The notes beneath the pieces are model-generated. The model searched no databases and was not told the DNA's origin. It was given only the letters and a program-made list of their open reading frames with translations. Of a DNA stretch of 64,000 nucleotides, positions 51,238 to 62,195 are shown piece by piece; within the stretch, counting starts at the first letter, position 1, and each line of letters opens with the position of its first letter. The DNA comes from an uncultured Acidobacteriota bacterium (GTDB lineage: Bacteria > Acidobacteriota > Blastocatellia > RBC074), in contig CAWEYR010000010.1 of NCBI GenBank assembly GCA_963813345.1, forward strand, positions 70,592 to 134,591, given 5' to 3'. A program made the position numbers and the translations under genes.

Positions 51238-53577
51238 ATGAGCGAAAACAAGAATCTCGATCAGCTCTCGATCAATACCATACGCACACTTGCGATGGAT
51301 GCAGTTCAAAAGGCGAACTCGGGCCATCCTGGAATGCCGATGGGTATGGCCGCGGCGGCTTACGTGCTGTGGACGCGGCATCTGAGGCATAACCCAAAGA
51401 ACCCGAAGTGGCCAAACCGCGATCGCTTTGTGCTCTCTGCCGGCCACGGCTCGATGCTCCTCTACAGTCTTCTTTATCTGACGGGTTACGACGATTATCC
51501 GCTCGAGCAGTTGAAGCAGTTTCGTCAATGGGGAAGCCTGACGCCCGGACATCCGGAATCTGAGCTTACTCCCGCTATCGAAACCACAACAGGACCCCTC
51601 GGACAGGGTTTCGCCAACGGCGTCGGCATGGCGATTGGCGCTGAGTATCTTGTGGCCAATTTCAATCGCCCGGATCACGAGATATTCGACTATTACATCT
51701 ATTCCATCTGCTCTGATGGCGATCTCATGGAAGGCGTAGCTTCGGAGGCTGCGTCGATGGCAGGACACCTGAAGCTTGGCCGGCTGATCTATCTTTACGA
51801 TGACAATCAGATTTCGATCGATGGCAGCACATCGTTTGCCTTTACAGAAGACCCCGGGGCACGCTTCGAGGCCTACAACTGGCATGTCCAGGAAATTGAA
51901 GCGAATGATCTCGATGCAGTCGACAGGGCAATCAGGGCGGCAAAGGCTGACCCGCGACCATCGTTGATCCGAACAAAGTCGATCATCGGCTTTGGCAGTC
52001 CCAATAAAGCCGGCACGGCCAAAGCGCATGGCGAGCCCCTCGGCGTCGAGGAGGTGAAGCTGTCAAAGGAGAATCTGGGCTGGGAGTTCGATGAACCGTT
52101 CACGGTCCCCGAGGAAGCGCTCACGAACTTTCGACACGCGATAGAACGAGGACGTTCGCTTGAAGCGGGATGGGTGGAACGTGTTGCAGCATACTCGAAA
52201 GCACACCCTGATCTCGGCGCGCAATGGAGCGATTGGTCGAAGGGAAAGCTGCCCATCGGCTGGAACGAAGCGATGCCGCAATTCCCTCCCGATAAGCCGA
52301 TGGCGACGCGCGAAGCTTCCGGAAAGACTTTGAATGCTTTCGCAAAGACGCTTCCAATGCTGCTCGGTGGATCGGCAGACCTGCGACCTTCCAACAATAC
52401 CTTTCTCGAAGGGATGGGCGAATTCCAGCCGGACAATCGTGCCGGGCGCAACTTCCACTTTGGTGTACGCGAGCACGGAATGGGTTCGGTGATGAACGGA
52501 ATCGCGCTGACGCGTCCGCTCATTCCCTTTGGCGGCACGTTCATGATCTTCTATGACTACATGAGACCGCCAGTGCGCCTTGCCGCGATGATGGGTTTGC
52601 AGGTGATCTATGTCTACACGCACGACAGCATCGGACTTGGCGAAGATGGACCGACGCATCAACCAGTCGAGCAGTTGGCGGGGCTGCGCTCCGTTCCTAA
52701 TCTGACTTTGATACGACCGGCGGATGCGAACGAAACTGCGGTTGCGTGGCGCGTCGCTCTCGAGAACCGGCACGGGCCGACCGCGCTTGCCCTCACGCGC
52801 CAAAAACTCCCGGTGTTTGATCGGACGAAATACGCTTCAGCCGAAGGCCTTGCGCGTGGGGCATATGTGATGAGCGACCCGACAGGCGGCAAAGTGGATG
52901 TCATCCTCATCGCGACCGGGTCCGAAGTGTCAGTAGCTATCGACGCTCAGGATATTCTGGCAAGGGATGGCATCGGAGTCAGAGTTGTCAGCATGCCAAG
53001 CTGGGAGCTTTTCGAGAAGCAATCGAAAGACTATCAGGAGTCGATACTTCCTCGCGCAGTTACAGCACGTCTCTCCATCGAGGCGGGTGTCGCGCTTGGA
53101 TGGACAAAATATGTCGGATTGCAGGGCACGACGATCTCGATCGAGCGCTTTGGAGCCTCAGCGCCTTACCAGACGATCATGGAGCACCTTGGATTCACGG
53201 CAACCAATGTCGTGGATAAGGTGCACGCAATGTTTAAATCGTTTGGAGTACTGCTTGGTACCGCTTCAGGCGTGCATCGTGCGAGCGGAAGAAAAGCGGT
53301 GCCAAGATTCCGCCTCAAAGGCGCGTACTGCCTAGGGCAGTACAATGAATACACTCCAGCGCTTTCCCTCCGAACGAACGCGGTCACAACAAACCCTGCA
53401 TTGATGGCGCGCGTAAATGCGTTGCGAGTCACCTCGCGCCATAGCCGCGCCATGTGTGGCTGGTCGCGCAACAAACGGTTGATATCGAGAGGAATCTCGA
53501 TTGCCACACTTGTGGCATTGTCATCCGAAACGATCTCCTTCGGACACTCCGATTCCTCACACCTCACGATCGTCTGA
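51238..53577 (+). CDS. tkt: Transketolase (ORF reads through; native end probably near 53245)
   Basis: [27 protein letters not shown]...[18 protein letters not shown]...[11 protein letters not shown]. Alignment to canonical transketolases of about 665 aa places the end after ...[11 protein letters not shown]. The last 110 codons are low-quality read-through across a degenerate Family B element. Confidence 0.85.
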   Translation: MSENKNLDQLSINTIRTLAMDAVQKANSGHPGMPMGMAAAAYVLWTRHLRHNPKNPKWPNRDRFVLSAGHGSMLLYSLLYLTGYDDYPLEQLKQFRQWGSLTPGHPESELTPAIETTTGPLGQGFANGVGMAIGAEYLVANFNRPDHEIFDYYIYSICSDGDLMEGVASEAASMAGHLKLGRLIYLYDDNQISIDGSTSFAFTEDPGARFEAYNWHVQEIEANDLDAVDRAIRAAKADPRPSLIRTKSIIGFGSPNKAGTAKAHGEPLGVEEVKLSKENLGWEFDEPFTVPEEALTNFRHAIERGRSLEAGWVERVAAYSKAHPDLGAQWSDWSKGKLPIGWNEAMPQFPPDKPMATREASGKTLNAFAKTLPMLLGGSADLRPSNNTFLEGMGEFQPDNRAGRNFHFGVREHGMGSVMNGIALTRPLIPFGGTFMIFYDYMRPPVRLAAMMGLQVIYVYTHDSIGLGEDGPTHQPVEQLAGLRSVPNLTLIRPADANETAVAWRVALENRHGPTALALTRQKLPVFDRTKYASAEGLARGAYVMSDPTGGKVDVILIATGSEVSVAIDAQDILARDGIGVRVVSMPSWELFEKQSKDYQESILPRAVTARLSIEAGVALGWTKYVGLQGTTISIERFGASAPYQTIMEHLGFTATNVVDKVHAMFKSFGVLLGTASGVHRASGRKAVPRFRLKGAYCLGQYNEYTPALSLRTNAVTTNPALMARVNALRVTSRHSRAMCGWSRNKRLISRGISIATLVALSSETISFGHSDSSHLTIV

Positions 53578-54116
53578 CAATCTTCCGGCAATCTATCGCG
53601 ATCCTCACGTTCCGTCTTGAGATTCCAGGTCACCCACAGGCGATCGGTTGCAATGCTGTGAAGAAAGCTCGAGGTCTCTTCGCCATAGAAGTTGACAAGA
53701 TATCTGTCCGAAATGACGCCGAGCTTCGCGATATTGAAGTAAGCGTTCACGCTCTGCAGCGGATCAAATGTCCAGGTGATTCGATCGATCCCACTCGCGA
53801 GCGCGCGATCCCGCTGAGCGAGCTTTAGTTCATAACCTATATTGTGATTGCGAAATGACGGTCTGACCGCGGCCATATGAGAGTGGATCGTGACCCTGCC
53901 ATGCTCAAAACCAGGGAATCCATAGACAAAACCGGCCAGTTCGCTCCCATCGAATGCTCCTACCAGAACACCGCCGGCCTCCCTCGCGGCAACCAACTGC
54001 GAAAACGGAACGATGTCGCGGTCTTCAAACCCCCAGACGTCCTTCTGAAGGTCTTCCGCAAGACGCATCTCAGCGATGCTCGTAATGTCCCGGATGATAA
54101 GGTTGTGCGATGCCAA
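53166..54116 (-). CDS. GNAT-like acetyltransferase-family protein (uncharacterised; WTFDPLQ motif); 3' end uncertain (about 53340)
   Basis: GFVYGFPGF...[25 protein letters not shown]...[21 protein letters not shown]. The C-terminal 57 residues of the ORF are Arg/Pro-rich read-through across the Family B-like element. Confidence 0.45.
   Translation of the reverse strand: MASHNLIIRDITSIAEMRLAEDLQKDVWGFEDRDIVPFSQLVAAREAGGVLVGAFDGSELAGFVYGFPGFEHGRVTIHSHMAAVRPSFRNHNIGYELKLAQRDRALASGIDRITWTFDPLQSVNAYFNIAKLGVISDRYLVNFYGEETSSFLHSIATDRLWVTWNLKTEREDRDRLPEDCQTIVRCEESECPKEIVSDDNATSVAIEIPLDINRLLRDQPHMARLWREVTRNAFTRAINAGFVVTAFVRRESAGVYSLYCPRQYAPLRRNLGTAFLPLARCTPEAVPSSTPNDLNIACTLSTTLVAVNPRCSMIVW
53258..53332. 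repeat. Degenerate Family B-like double hairpin
   Basis: GGTACCGCTTCAGGCG ... GATTCCGCCTCAAAGGCGCGTAC. Lies between the convergent tkt and 53166..54116 genes. Confidence 0.5.
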
Positions 54117-54118
54117 CT

Positions 54119-55064
54119 TTATACCCTTGGCTTCAGCCCCTCGATGATGTCGCGATCTCGTGAACCGGTGTGACAGACGATGCAGGATTGCTGACCGCGC
54201 TCGTCAAAATCCGAAACGAGCGCATAGGTAAGTCCGCGGTCAGACCACGTGATCACATTCAGTCCAGCAATCGAATGGTAATGAAAGTTCAGACCCTTGA
54301 ATGGAATCTGTTCGCCTCCCGATGGCATGGCAGATTCGTTCGAAGTGACGACCAGCGTGATCGGACGCTGGCGCATTCGATATGCGACACACGCGGCATA
54401 GTCATTCTGAAGCGCGACGAGGCGAGCTCCTTCAAGCTCGTATAATCGCTCCTGACCTGACGATTCCTGGTAGTTCGGTAGCTTGAAACTGAAGCTCACC
54501 TTCCCCGCGAACCACTCAGAGATTTCCTGCGGGGAATCAGAAGTAATCTCGAGCGGGAGCTGCCCTCGAAGCCGCCTCTCATGTCGAATCAACTGCAAGC
54601 CGCGCAAAATCTGACGGCTCGGAGCGAAGCGTCGGCCGGTTGCGGTTGAAAGCGAGGTAAATGAACGACGCGAGGGCCGCTAACACCAGGCCAACCGCAA
54701 TCCAACGTTTGCCAAACCTTGGCAGACCGGAAGCGGCAAAGGGTCCGTCGATCGTTCCTGCGATCTTTCGTGCAATCCTTCTCCTCAGCCGGTTAGACGC
54801 GGTCGGGGAGCGACGGCTATTGGACGACCGAGTCTCCTCGGCAAGAATGCCGGCTAGTCTTGCGCGCAATTCCGAAGGCGTTTCGTCGAGAGGCCGAGCT
54901 TGCCGGACGCTCAACAGAAAACTCTCTTCGTTCTCGAAGAACGCGCGGCAGGCGTGACACGAAGAGAGATGTGCTTCCACATCTTCACGCTCGCGGTCAT
55001 CGAGCTCACCGTCAAGAAAAAACGCCATCTGCGCTCGAAAATTGTCACACCCGTTGACTGGCAT
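54119..55064 (-). CDS. Anti-sigma factor, zinc-finger (ZAS) type with TM helix and large periplasmic domain; frameshift near 54590
   Basis: zf-HC2 motif HLSSCHACRAFF. TM helix WIAVGLVLAALASFIYLAF. The C-terminal domain continues in ORF 54119..54607 in another frame. Confidence 0.7.
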
Positions 55065-55067
55065 AAA

Positions 55068-55616
55068 CTACGAAACAGTGCGTAATCTTGATTCCTTAAG
55101 CAGCGTACGAAGATTCTCCCGGGCGCGACCGAGCCTCGACATCACGGTTCCGGTCGGACAGTCGAGAATATTGGCTATCTGCTGATAGGTGAAACCTTCA
55201 AACTCACGCAACACGATTACCTCGCGGTGAGGCCCGGGCAGGCGTTTGATAGCCGCACGCACCTCCTCGCGCTCTGCTTTCCTTACCAGGAGAACGTACG
55301 GATCGTCTGAATTCGCAACAGAGCGAGTCGCGATCCTGAAGTCATCGTCACCATCCAAATCGACAAACGCCGGCCCGTTCCGTCTATGGCGAAGCTCATT
55401 CAGCCAGACGTTCCGCAGTATGGCAAACATCCAGCCTTTGAGATTGCTATCGGGAACCAGGTGCCCGAACGCTCTCACGGCCCGAAGGTAGGTCTCCTGG
55501 ACGAGGTCTTCGGCCTCAGTCCGGCGGTGCGTCAACGCCATGGCATAACCGTAGAGCGCGTCGAGATACCCCAGCGCCTCATCACTAAACTCACCTACAT
55601 CACCTCGGTTTGCCAT
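55068..55616 (-). CDS. ECF (group IV) sigma-70 factor
   Basis: Region 2 EDLVQETYLRAVRAF. Region 4 FTYQQIANILDCPTGTVMSRLGRAR. The stop is 3 nt from the anti-sigma start. Confidence 0.85.
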   Translation of the reverse strand: MANRGDVGEFSDEALGYLDALYGYAMALTHRRTEAEDLVQETYLRAVRAFGHLVPDSNLKGWMFAILRNVWLNELRHRRNGPAFVDLDGDDDFRIATRSVANSDDPYVLLVRKAEREEVRAAIKRLPGPHREVIVLREFEGFTYQQIANILDCPTGTVMSRLGRARENLRTLLKESRLRTVS

Positions 55617-55660
55617 CTTCGAAAGAATAACACGCGACCATAGGCAACTATTCCGAAGAA

Positions 55661-55814
55661 GGGGTCGGTGGTCAGTGGTCAGTGGTCAGTGTGAGTTCAG
55701 AGCTTCAGCTTGCTCTCAAAGATCGAGCTGCTAACGACAGACAAGTCTAAAGCTTCGAACTTCCATGACACTGACCACTGACCACTGACCCCTGACCCCC
55801 GACCCCCTCCCCTG
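55661..55814. repeat. Family A palindromic repeat (degenerate core) with GGTCAGT heptamer flanks and C-run tail
   Basis: GGGGTCGGT(GGTCAGT)x3 + GTGAGTTCAGAGCTTCAGCTTGCTC ... GTCTAAAGCTTCGAACTTC + (ACTGACC)x3 + CCCTGACCCCCGACCCCCTCCCC. Confidence 0.8.
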
Positions 55815-55829
55815 CTATACTATCGCTCC

Positions 55830-56822
55830 GTGACTTCACCCACGCGTTCGACATTAAAGCTTGTAGCCATTGGCGGCGGCACCGGTCTTGGGACCCTGCT
55901 GCGCGGCGTCAAGCCGTACCTTTCCACATCTTCGATACCCGGGTTGGAACTGACGGCAATCGTCACGGTCACTGATGATGGCCGCAGCTCGGGGAGACTC
56001 CGCGGCGAGTTCAGTGTACTGCCACCCGGTGACATTCGAAATTGCCTTTCTGCGCTTGCCGACGACGATTTGATCGTTTCGCATCTCTTCCGGCACCGGT
56101 TCCCCGGCGGAGGCGAGATCGGCGGGCATTCGCTTGGAAACCTGATTATTCTCGCACTTGGCCAGATGAAGGGTGATTTCCTTGGCGGAATTGAGGAAGC
56201 GCGAGCACTCCTCGGCATTGAAGCACGCGTTCTGCCTTCAACGCTCGATCAGGTTAACCTCGTCGCGAGGATGCAGGATCGTCTGGTGCGCGGCCAGGTT
56301 GCCATAAAATCGCAATTCGAGAGGATTGAGCAGCTTTCACTTTCGCCGGAAGACGCGCGCGCTTTGCCACAGGCAGTCGAAGCCATAGAAGATGCAGACC
56401 TGATAACACTGGGACCCGGCTCGCTCTTCACGAGCGTCATTGCAAACCTCCTTGTTCCGGGTATTCGCGACGCATTGACGCGATCCTGGGCGCGGAAGAT
56501 ATACATCTGCAACGTCATGACTGAGGCCGATGAGACTGACGGATTCAAGGCAATCGACCATATGAAAGAGATAGGTCGTTATGCCCCGGGGATTAAGATC
56601 GACTTTGGTCTTTTCAATTCGTCGCCAATCTCGACCGAGATGAGAGAGCGTTATGCTCAAGAGAAGGCGGTGGTCCTTGATCCTCCTCGAGAAAGTGATT
56701 TCGGGGAGACTGAGGCGCGCATGGTCGCGCTCCCGCTGGCATCCGAGGAGCGCGTTGTGCGTCACGATCCGTGGCGTTTGAGCAAGGCGATTCTCGACCT
56801 CTATAATGACGACGTCTCATGA
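55830..56822 (+). CDS. yvcK: Gluconeogenesis factor YvcK / CofD-like (UPF0052)
   Basis: [23 protein letters not shown]...[20 protein letters not shown]...PPGDIRNCL. Confidence 0.8.
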   Translation: MTSPTRSTLKLVAIGGGTGLGTLLRGVKPYLSTSSIPGLELTAIVTVTDDGRSSGRLRGEFSVLPPGDIRNCLSALADDDLIVSHLFRHRFPGGGEIGGHSLGNLIILALGQMKGDFLGGIEEARALLGIEARVLPSTLDQVNLVARMQDRLVRGQVAIKSQFERIEQLSLSPEDARALPQAVEAIEDADLITLGPGSLFTSVIANLLVPGIRDALTRSWARKIYICNVMTEADETDGFKAIDHMKEIGRYAPGIKIDFGLFNSSPISTEMRERYAQEKAVVLDPPRESDFGETEARMVALPLASEERVVRHDPWRLSKAILDLYNDDVS

Positions 56823-58213
56823 AACATCCTCTAACTGTACTTATTCTCGCAGCCGGCCTTGGGACGCGCATGAAAAGCACCAGGGCCAAAGTATTGCACC
56901 AGCTTGGCGGCCGTCCTCTGATAGCGCACGTTCTTAGAACGGTCGCACGCCTTGACCCTGATCGAATTGTCGTCGTCCTGGGCCATCAGGCTGACGAGGT
57001 AAAGTCCGCGTCAATTGACGCGTTAGCGGGATTGCCGGGGCAAGAGCGGCTCGAATTTGTGCTTCAGTCAGAGCAGCGAGGGACCGGGCACGCAGTTCTT
57101 TGCGCGCAGGAAGCACTCAGCAGGTCAGACGGAGACGTTCTGGTTGTTTATGGCGATGTGCCTCGCGTTCGGACAGAGACTCTTCGCGCATTGGTCGAAA
57201 TGCACTCTCAGCAGGAAAATGCAGCTACTCTGATAACTGCAATTGTGAACGACCCCTACGGATACGGGCGCATTATTCGAACCGCAGGCAACGACGCGGG
57301 TAAGCTCGAGCGCATCGTTGAAGAGAAAGATGCAAATCCGGACGAGCGGAAAATAAGAGAGGTCAATCCGGGTTTCTATTGCTTTGACGCTCGATCGCTG
57401 CTGGAGGCGCTCAAGCATCTGAATACCGACAATGCTCAAGGTGAGTATTACCTCACCGACGTACCGGCGCTGGCAATCAAGAACGGCGCGAGAGTCGGAA
57501 CGCTTACCCTCTCCACAGTTGAGGAGCTCATGGGCATAAACACGAGAGCGGAACTCGCCGAGACGTGGAAGCGAATGAGACAGGAGATTCTTGAGCGGCT
57601 TATGAGTTCAGGTGTAACAATCGTTGATCCCGCTTCAACCTACATTGACGACTCTGTCGAGATCGGTCAGGACACGATCATTCATCCTCAGGTGATCATC
57701 GAAGGCAATTCGCGAATTGGCAGCAATTGTGAGATCTTTTCGTGGACACGCCTCCGCAATGTCGACATTGGCACCGGTTGCCGCGTTCTCAATTCATGTC
57801 TGATCGTTGACAGCAAGCTTACGGAGAAGAACTCGGTCGGGCCTTTTGCACACTTAAGGATGAATGCCGAGCTGCTTCCTGAAGCCGTGGTCGGCAATTT
57901 TGTCGAGGTAAAGAAATCCCGCCTGGGAAGAAAAACCAAATCAATGCACCTGACATACCTGGGTGATGCGACGCTTGGCGATCGCGTAAATATCGGCGCA
58001 GGTACTGTCACTTGCAATTACGATGGAAAGCAGAAGAACGAGACTCATATTGAAGACGATGTCAAAATCGGATCAGACACCATGCTTGTCGCCCCGGTGC
58101 GCGTCGGTCGCGGTTCAGTCTCAGCTGCAGGATCGGTAATCATCGAGGATGTGCCACCGGATACGCTTGTCGCCGGTGTGCCCGCAAAAGCCAAGAAAAA
58201 AGTCTCGCGTTAG
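56819..58213 (+). CDS. glmU: Bifunctional UDP-GlcNAc pyrophosphorylase / GlcN-1-P N-acetyltransferase
   Basis: [21 protein letters not shown]-terminal left-handed beta-helix hexapeptide repeats. 4-nt overlap with yvcK. Confidence 0.9.
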   Translation: MKHPLTVLILAAGLGTRMKSTRAKVLHQLGGRPLIAHVLRTVARLDPDRIVVVLGHQADEVKSASIDALAGLPGQERLEFVLQSEQRGTGHAVLCAQEALSRSDGDVLVVYGDVPRVRTETLRALVEMHSQQENAATLITAIVNDPYGYGRIIRTAGNDAGKLERIVEEKDANPDERKIREVNPGFYCFDARSLLEALKHLNTDNAQGEYYLTDVPALAIKNGARVGTLTLSTVEELMGINTRAELAETWKRMRQEILERLMSSGVTIVDPASTYIDDSVEIGQDTIIHPQVIIEGNSRIGSNCEIFSWTRLRNVDIGTGCRVLNSCLIVDSKLTEKNSVGPFAHLRMNAELLPEAVVGNFVEVKKSRLGRKTKSMHLTYLGDATLGDRVNIGAGTVTCNYDGKQKNETHIEDDVKIGSDTMLVAPVRVGRGSVSAAGSVIIEDVPPDTLVAGVPAKAKKKVSR

Positions 58214-58237
58214 AAAGTTCCCTTCCGGAGTAAATCG

Positions 58238-60103
58238 ATGTGCGGAATAGTCGGATACGTCGGCGGGCAGGAAGCCGTGCCCGTGATCATTGAAGGCCTG
58301 CGCCGTCTTGAATACCGCGGATATGACTCAGCCGGAATCGCGGTTGTCGATGAATCCGGCGAGCTCAATCTTCGAAGAGCCAGCGGCAAACTGCGTAATC
58401 TTGAAGAGGTATTGAAGGAGTCCCCAATTGCGGGAGACTATGGCGTTGGACACACGCGTTGGGCGACGCACGGTCGTCCGACCGAAGAGAATGCCCATCC
58501 GCATCGCGATTGCAGAGGCCGGATTGTAGTCGTCCACAACGGCATTATCGAAAACTATTTGATGCTCAAGCGCGAGCTTCAGGCAAAAGGCCACCATTTT
58601 GTAACCGAGACAGATACGGAAGTGATTGCGCATCTGATTGAGGCAGAAATGCACGGCGGTTCAGGCGGCGGATTTCCGGACGCCGTCCGAAGGGCGCTTG
58701 GCCACGTACGCGGAATCTATGCTCTGGCAGCGCTTTCTGCTGATGATCCGCACAGAATTGTGGCTGCGCGGCTTGGACCTCCAATCGTCATCGGACTCGC
58801 TGATCGTGAATTCTTTGTGGCTTCGGATATTCCCGCGATTCTTCCGCACACTCGTGACATGGTTTTCCTCGATGATGGCGACGTTGCGGTCATCGATCGT
58901 GCCGGCGTCCGAATATTCAACCGCGACGGAGTCGAGTCCGCGCCAAAGGTCCAGCACATAACGTGGGACCCGGTGCTTGCTGAGAAGGGCGGATACAGAC
59001 ACTTCATGCTCAAGGAAGTGTTCGAACAGCCGCGCGCCGTTCGCGATACAGCACAGGGAAGGATCTCAGTTGACACTGGACACGTATTCCTGGAGGAGGT
59101 AGCGGCGGCGATCGGAAATGTTCGAGAGGTCACAGACATTAAGATTTCTGCATGCGGTACAGCGTGGCACGCTGCTCTGGTGGCCAAACATCTGATAGAG
59201 GAGATGAGCAGGATTCCAGTAGAGGTCGACTACGCATCAGAGTTTCGCTATCGCAATCCTATACTTACTCCCAGCACACTGATGGTTGTGATTTCGCAAT
59301 CGGGAGAGACCGCCGACACGCTCGCCGCGCTCCGCGAAGCGAAGAATAAAGGATGCCGAACTGTCGCCATCTGCAATGTTCCCGGCGCGATGATGACGCG
59401 AGAGGCAGACGGCACACTCTACACTCACGCTGGTCCGGAGATCGGTGTCGCGTCGACAAAGGCATTTACGTCGCAGCTCGTGGCGGCTTATCTGCTGGCG
59501 CTCTTTCTTGGACAGGAACGAGGAACGCTCAAGGATGACGAACTGCGGCACCACGCACAAATGCTTTCGGAGCTTCCTGTCAGGCTCGAATCTCTGCTCG
59601 AGGGAGGAGTAGCCTACGATGAACTGGCAAAAGAGTTCTTCCGAGCCTCCGATTTTCTCTATCTCGGCCGGGGTATCAATTTTCCAATCGCTCTCGAAGG
59701 CGCTCTGAAGCTCAAAGAGATTTCCTACATTCACGCAGAAGGATACGCTGCCGGGGAGATGAAACACGGGCCGAATGCGCTTATTGATGAAAGCCTGCCT
59801 GTAGTGATTATCAACACGCTGGATCCTGATTCGCCATCATCGCGTCTGCGATATGAAAAGACGCTTTCGAATATTCAGGAGGTCAAGGCGCGCGATGGGC
59901 GTGTGATTGCCATCGTAACCGAAGGTGATCAGGAGACGCGCGGTATGGCAGACCACGTGATCGAGATTCCACATTCAAGCGAGCTTCTCTCACCTGTCCT
60001 CGCGGTTGTCCCGCTTCAACTGCTTGCCTATCACATCGCAGTCAGAAGAGGATGCGACGTCGATCAGCCAAGGAATCTCGCTAAGTCCGTGACGGTGGAA
60101 TAA
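58238..60103 (+). CDS. glmS: Glutamine--fructose-6-phosphate aminotransferase
   Basis: [10 protein letters not shown] (N-terminal Cys nucleophile). Two SIS domains. Ends ...KSVTVE. Confidence 0.9.
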   Translation: MCGIVGYVGGQEAVPVIIEGLRRLEYRGYDSAGIAVVDESGELNLRRASGKLRNLEEVLKESPIAGDYGVGHTRWATHGRPTEENAHPHRDCRGRIVVVHNGIIENYLMLKRELQAKGHHFVTETDTEVIAHLIEAEMHGGSGGGFPDAVRRALGHVRGIYALAALSADDPHRIVAARLGPPIVIGLADREFFVASDIPAILPHTRDMVFLDDGDVAVIDRAGVRIFNRDGVESAPKVQHITWDPVLAEKGGYRHFMLKEVFEQPRAVRDTAQGRISVDTGHVFLEEVAAAIGNVREVTDIKISACGTAWHAALVAKHLIEEMSRIPVEVDYASEFRYRNPILTPSTLMVVISQSGETADTLAALREAKNKGCRTVAICNVPGAMMTREADGTLYTHAGPEIGVASTKAFTSQLVAAYLLALFLGQERGTLKDDELRHHAQMLSELPVRLESLLEGGVAYDELAKEFFRASDFLYLGRGINFPIALEGALKLKEISYIHAEGYAAGEMKHGPNALIDESLPVVIINTLDPDSPSSRLRYEKTLSNIQEVKARDGRVIAIVTEGDQETRGMADHVIEIPHSSELLSPVLAVVPLQLLAYHIAVRRGCDVDQPRNLAKSVTVE

Positions 60104-60104
60104 T

Positions 60105-60187
60105 GTACGTTGTACCGCCTTTTAGGCGGAATCGCGGAAGCCAAAGTCGTGGAATCCAGGATTCCGCCTGAAGGCGGTACAACGACC
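60105..60187. repeat. Family B double hairpin repeat
   Basis: GTACGTTGTACCGCCTTTTAGGCGGAATC + 26 nt + GATTCCGCCTGAAGGCGGTACAACGACC. Lies directly after the glmS stop. Confidence 0.8.
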
Positions 60188-60209
60188 TTCCCGGACTTCA
60201 CGGCAGAAA

Positions 60210-62167
60210 CTACTTCCTGGCAAGTACTACAGGAGATTGCTCAGCCGCCAGAATACGTTGAAAAAAGCTGCGTACCTCAGAATACTGCTCGACCGGAATC
60301 GTCGCTGCCTTGAGGATCAGTGAGCGCTTGAAGATAAGGTGGCCGTCCTTGACTTCATACTTTACCGCGTAATTGCCAAACGAATGATTGAGCTCCGTGC
60401 CCTCCGGAATCTCATCAGTTTCGAATCCTGAAGGTAGTTTGATTTTCACAATTTCGCTGTACGCTTCTGCAGTGAGCACGACCGGTTGTGTGCGCTTTGC
60501 CGCAGTGAGAAAGACGGTCGAGCGGCGCGAGACGATTGCCGGTTTGAACATCAGCAGATTGCCACGCATCGATTTCGCGTAGCTGGGTGTCGTGAATTCG
60601 ACGTCGAGCACGAATTGTCCAGTATGCCAACTGTCCACCGGCTCAGCTTTTAGAACTTGTGCCGCGGGTACAGTCTGCGTGACCCAGACTTCAATAATCT
60701 TGTTGTACTGCGAACGCGCGGTCCGCTTTAATGTGCGACGCTCGTCAACAGCCGCCTGACCGTATGAACGTTCACGAATTGTAGCCGTCAGCGAGCCGTT
60801 TTCTGCGAGTACAGCGTCGACGGTTCGCTCCAACCGGTTTGCTTCAGGTGGGGTGACAGGCATCCTCACCAGGTCGCCCGCTTCACCTGCCGATATCAGT
60901 GCAAAGCTGCCTTGTTCGTGGTCCGGTAAGTCACCGAGCGGCGTATCGTCATCGGTCGGGTCAAAGATCAGCAGTCGACCGAGAGTCGGATGTTTGATGA
61001 CCGTCGCCGCCTCAGTCGCATCAGCGACTTTGACGGCGATAATGCAGTGATTGAATTGCTGGGGCGAAGGCCATTCCGGCCGTACACGGTTTGGGTCACC
61101 GGAGTAGATGACTACCGGGTATGCTTCGATGCCCAGAGACTTCAGCATTGCTCGCATCAGGTTCGCTTTGTCTTTGCAGTCACCGTAATTCTTGCTGAAG
61201 ACGTCAGCCGCCGAGTGCGGGCGGTATCCACCTCCGCGGCCAACATCGATTTGAATCGAAATGTAGTTGACGCTTTGTGCGTAGCGGCCAATAGCCTGAA
61301 TGCGCTCGAGCTCGTTTTTTGAACCTGCCGTCAGCTCGCGTGCTTTTGCTGCCATCGCTTCGTTGAAGTTCGCTTGAGGGTCGCTCAGTTCGCTTGTGTA
61401 ACGGGAAACGTCCTTCCAGGTATTAAAGCTCCTGAGGATTGTCCCTTTCCCCTGTGGCGGGTATATGTTGACGGCAATGTAGGTGCCAGGCAGCCTGGGA
61501 CTTGCCGGCTCGATCTCGATTGGCTTCAGATCTCTTAGTTCCCACGAGTAACTTCCCCCGTTCACTGCGGGTTCGATCTTATCGTGGTTGAACGCGATGC
61601 CTTCGGCGCGCCAGCCTGGCGGCATTGAAACGGTCAGTCGCGACATCACGACCGGATTCATGGTCTGGAAATACCACAGAAACTGTGAAAAGACTCCGCG
61701 CTCATCAGTAACAATCTCGTAGCCAAAAACACAACCGGCTTCAGCATCGTCCGCGGCAGAGATCACGCGTTCGCGGACATCGTTATACACGTCGTTGTCA
61801 GCTACCGCGCTATCAACAGTCTCTTTCTTGCCATAGCTTCTGATCTCCCCTGTCGGGCGAATCAGCCAGGCGCGCATGTCTTTCACCCGGCTCAGACCCG
61901 GTGTAGTACGCTTCGCTTGCTCTGGCGTAGCCGCGGCCTTCGCGCGAGAGTATCCTCACTGCCCACCAGGTCGTCGTCGCTATCCTGCCGTCCTCTTCGA
62001 CTGTCTTGCGTGATTCGTCGTGCAGCACGACAGCGTGAACTTCCTTGGCATGAGGTCGGCACATTGAGTGAAGCTGCTTGCTTTAGCCAGGGCGGTGGGT
62101 CATCGGCAAACGCAACTGCGCTCATCACGAAAAGCACGCAGGTACAAGCCATCAACCTATTGAACAT
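60210..62167 (-). CDS. DUF3857 / transglutaminase-like / DUF3858 secreted protein (frameshifts near 61890 and 62065)
   Basis: Signal peptide MFNRLMACTCVLFVMSAVAFA (ORF 61892..62167). Middle fragment in ORF 61813..62064. Transglutaminase core SKNYGDCKDKANLMRAMLKSLGIEAY at about 61170..61192 in ORF 60210..61886. Confidence 0.7.
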
Positions 62168-62195
62168 CTGTCTGCTCCTGTTTTCACTGGTCGAA

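Noticed and set aside
53250-53577. C-terminal 110 aa of the 779-aa transketolase ORF
   Set aside because: Transketolases are about 665 aa. The extension is Arg/Ser-rich and crosses a degenerate repeat. This is probably a lost stop or an indel.
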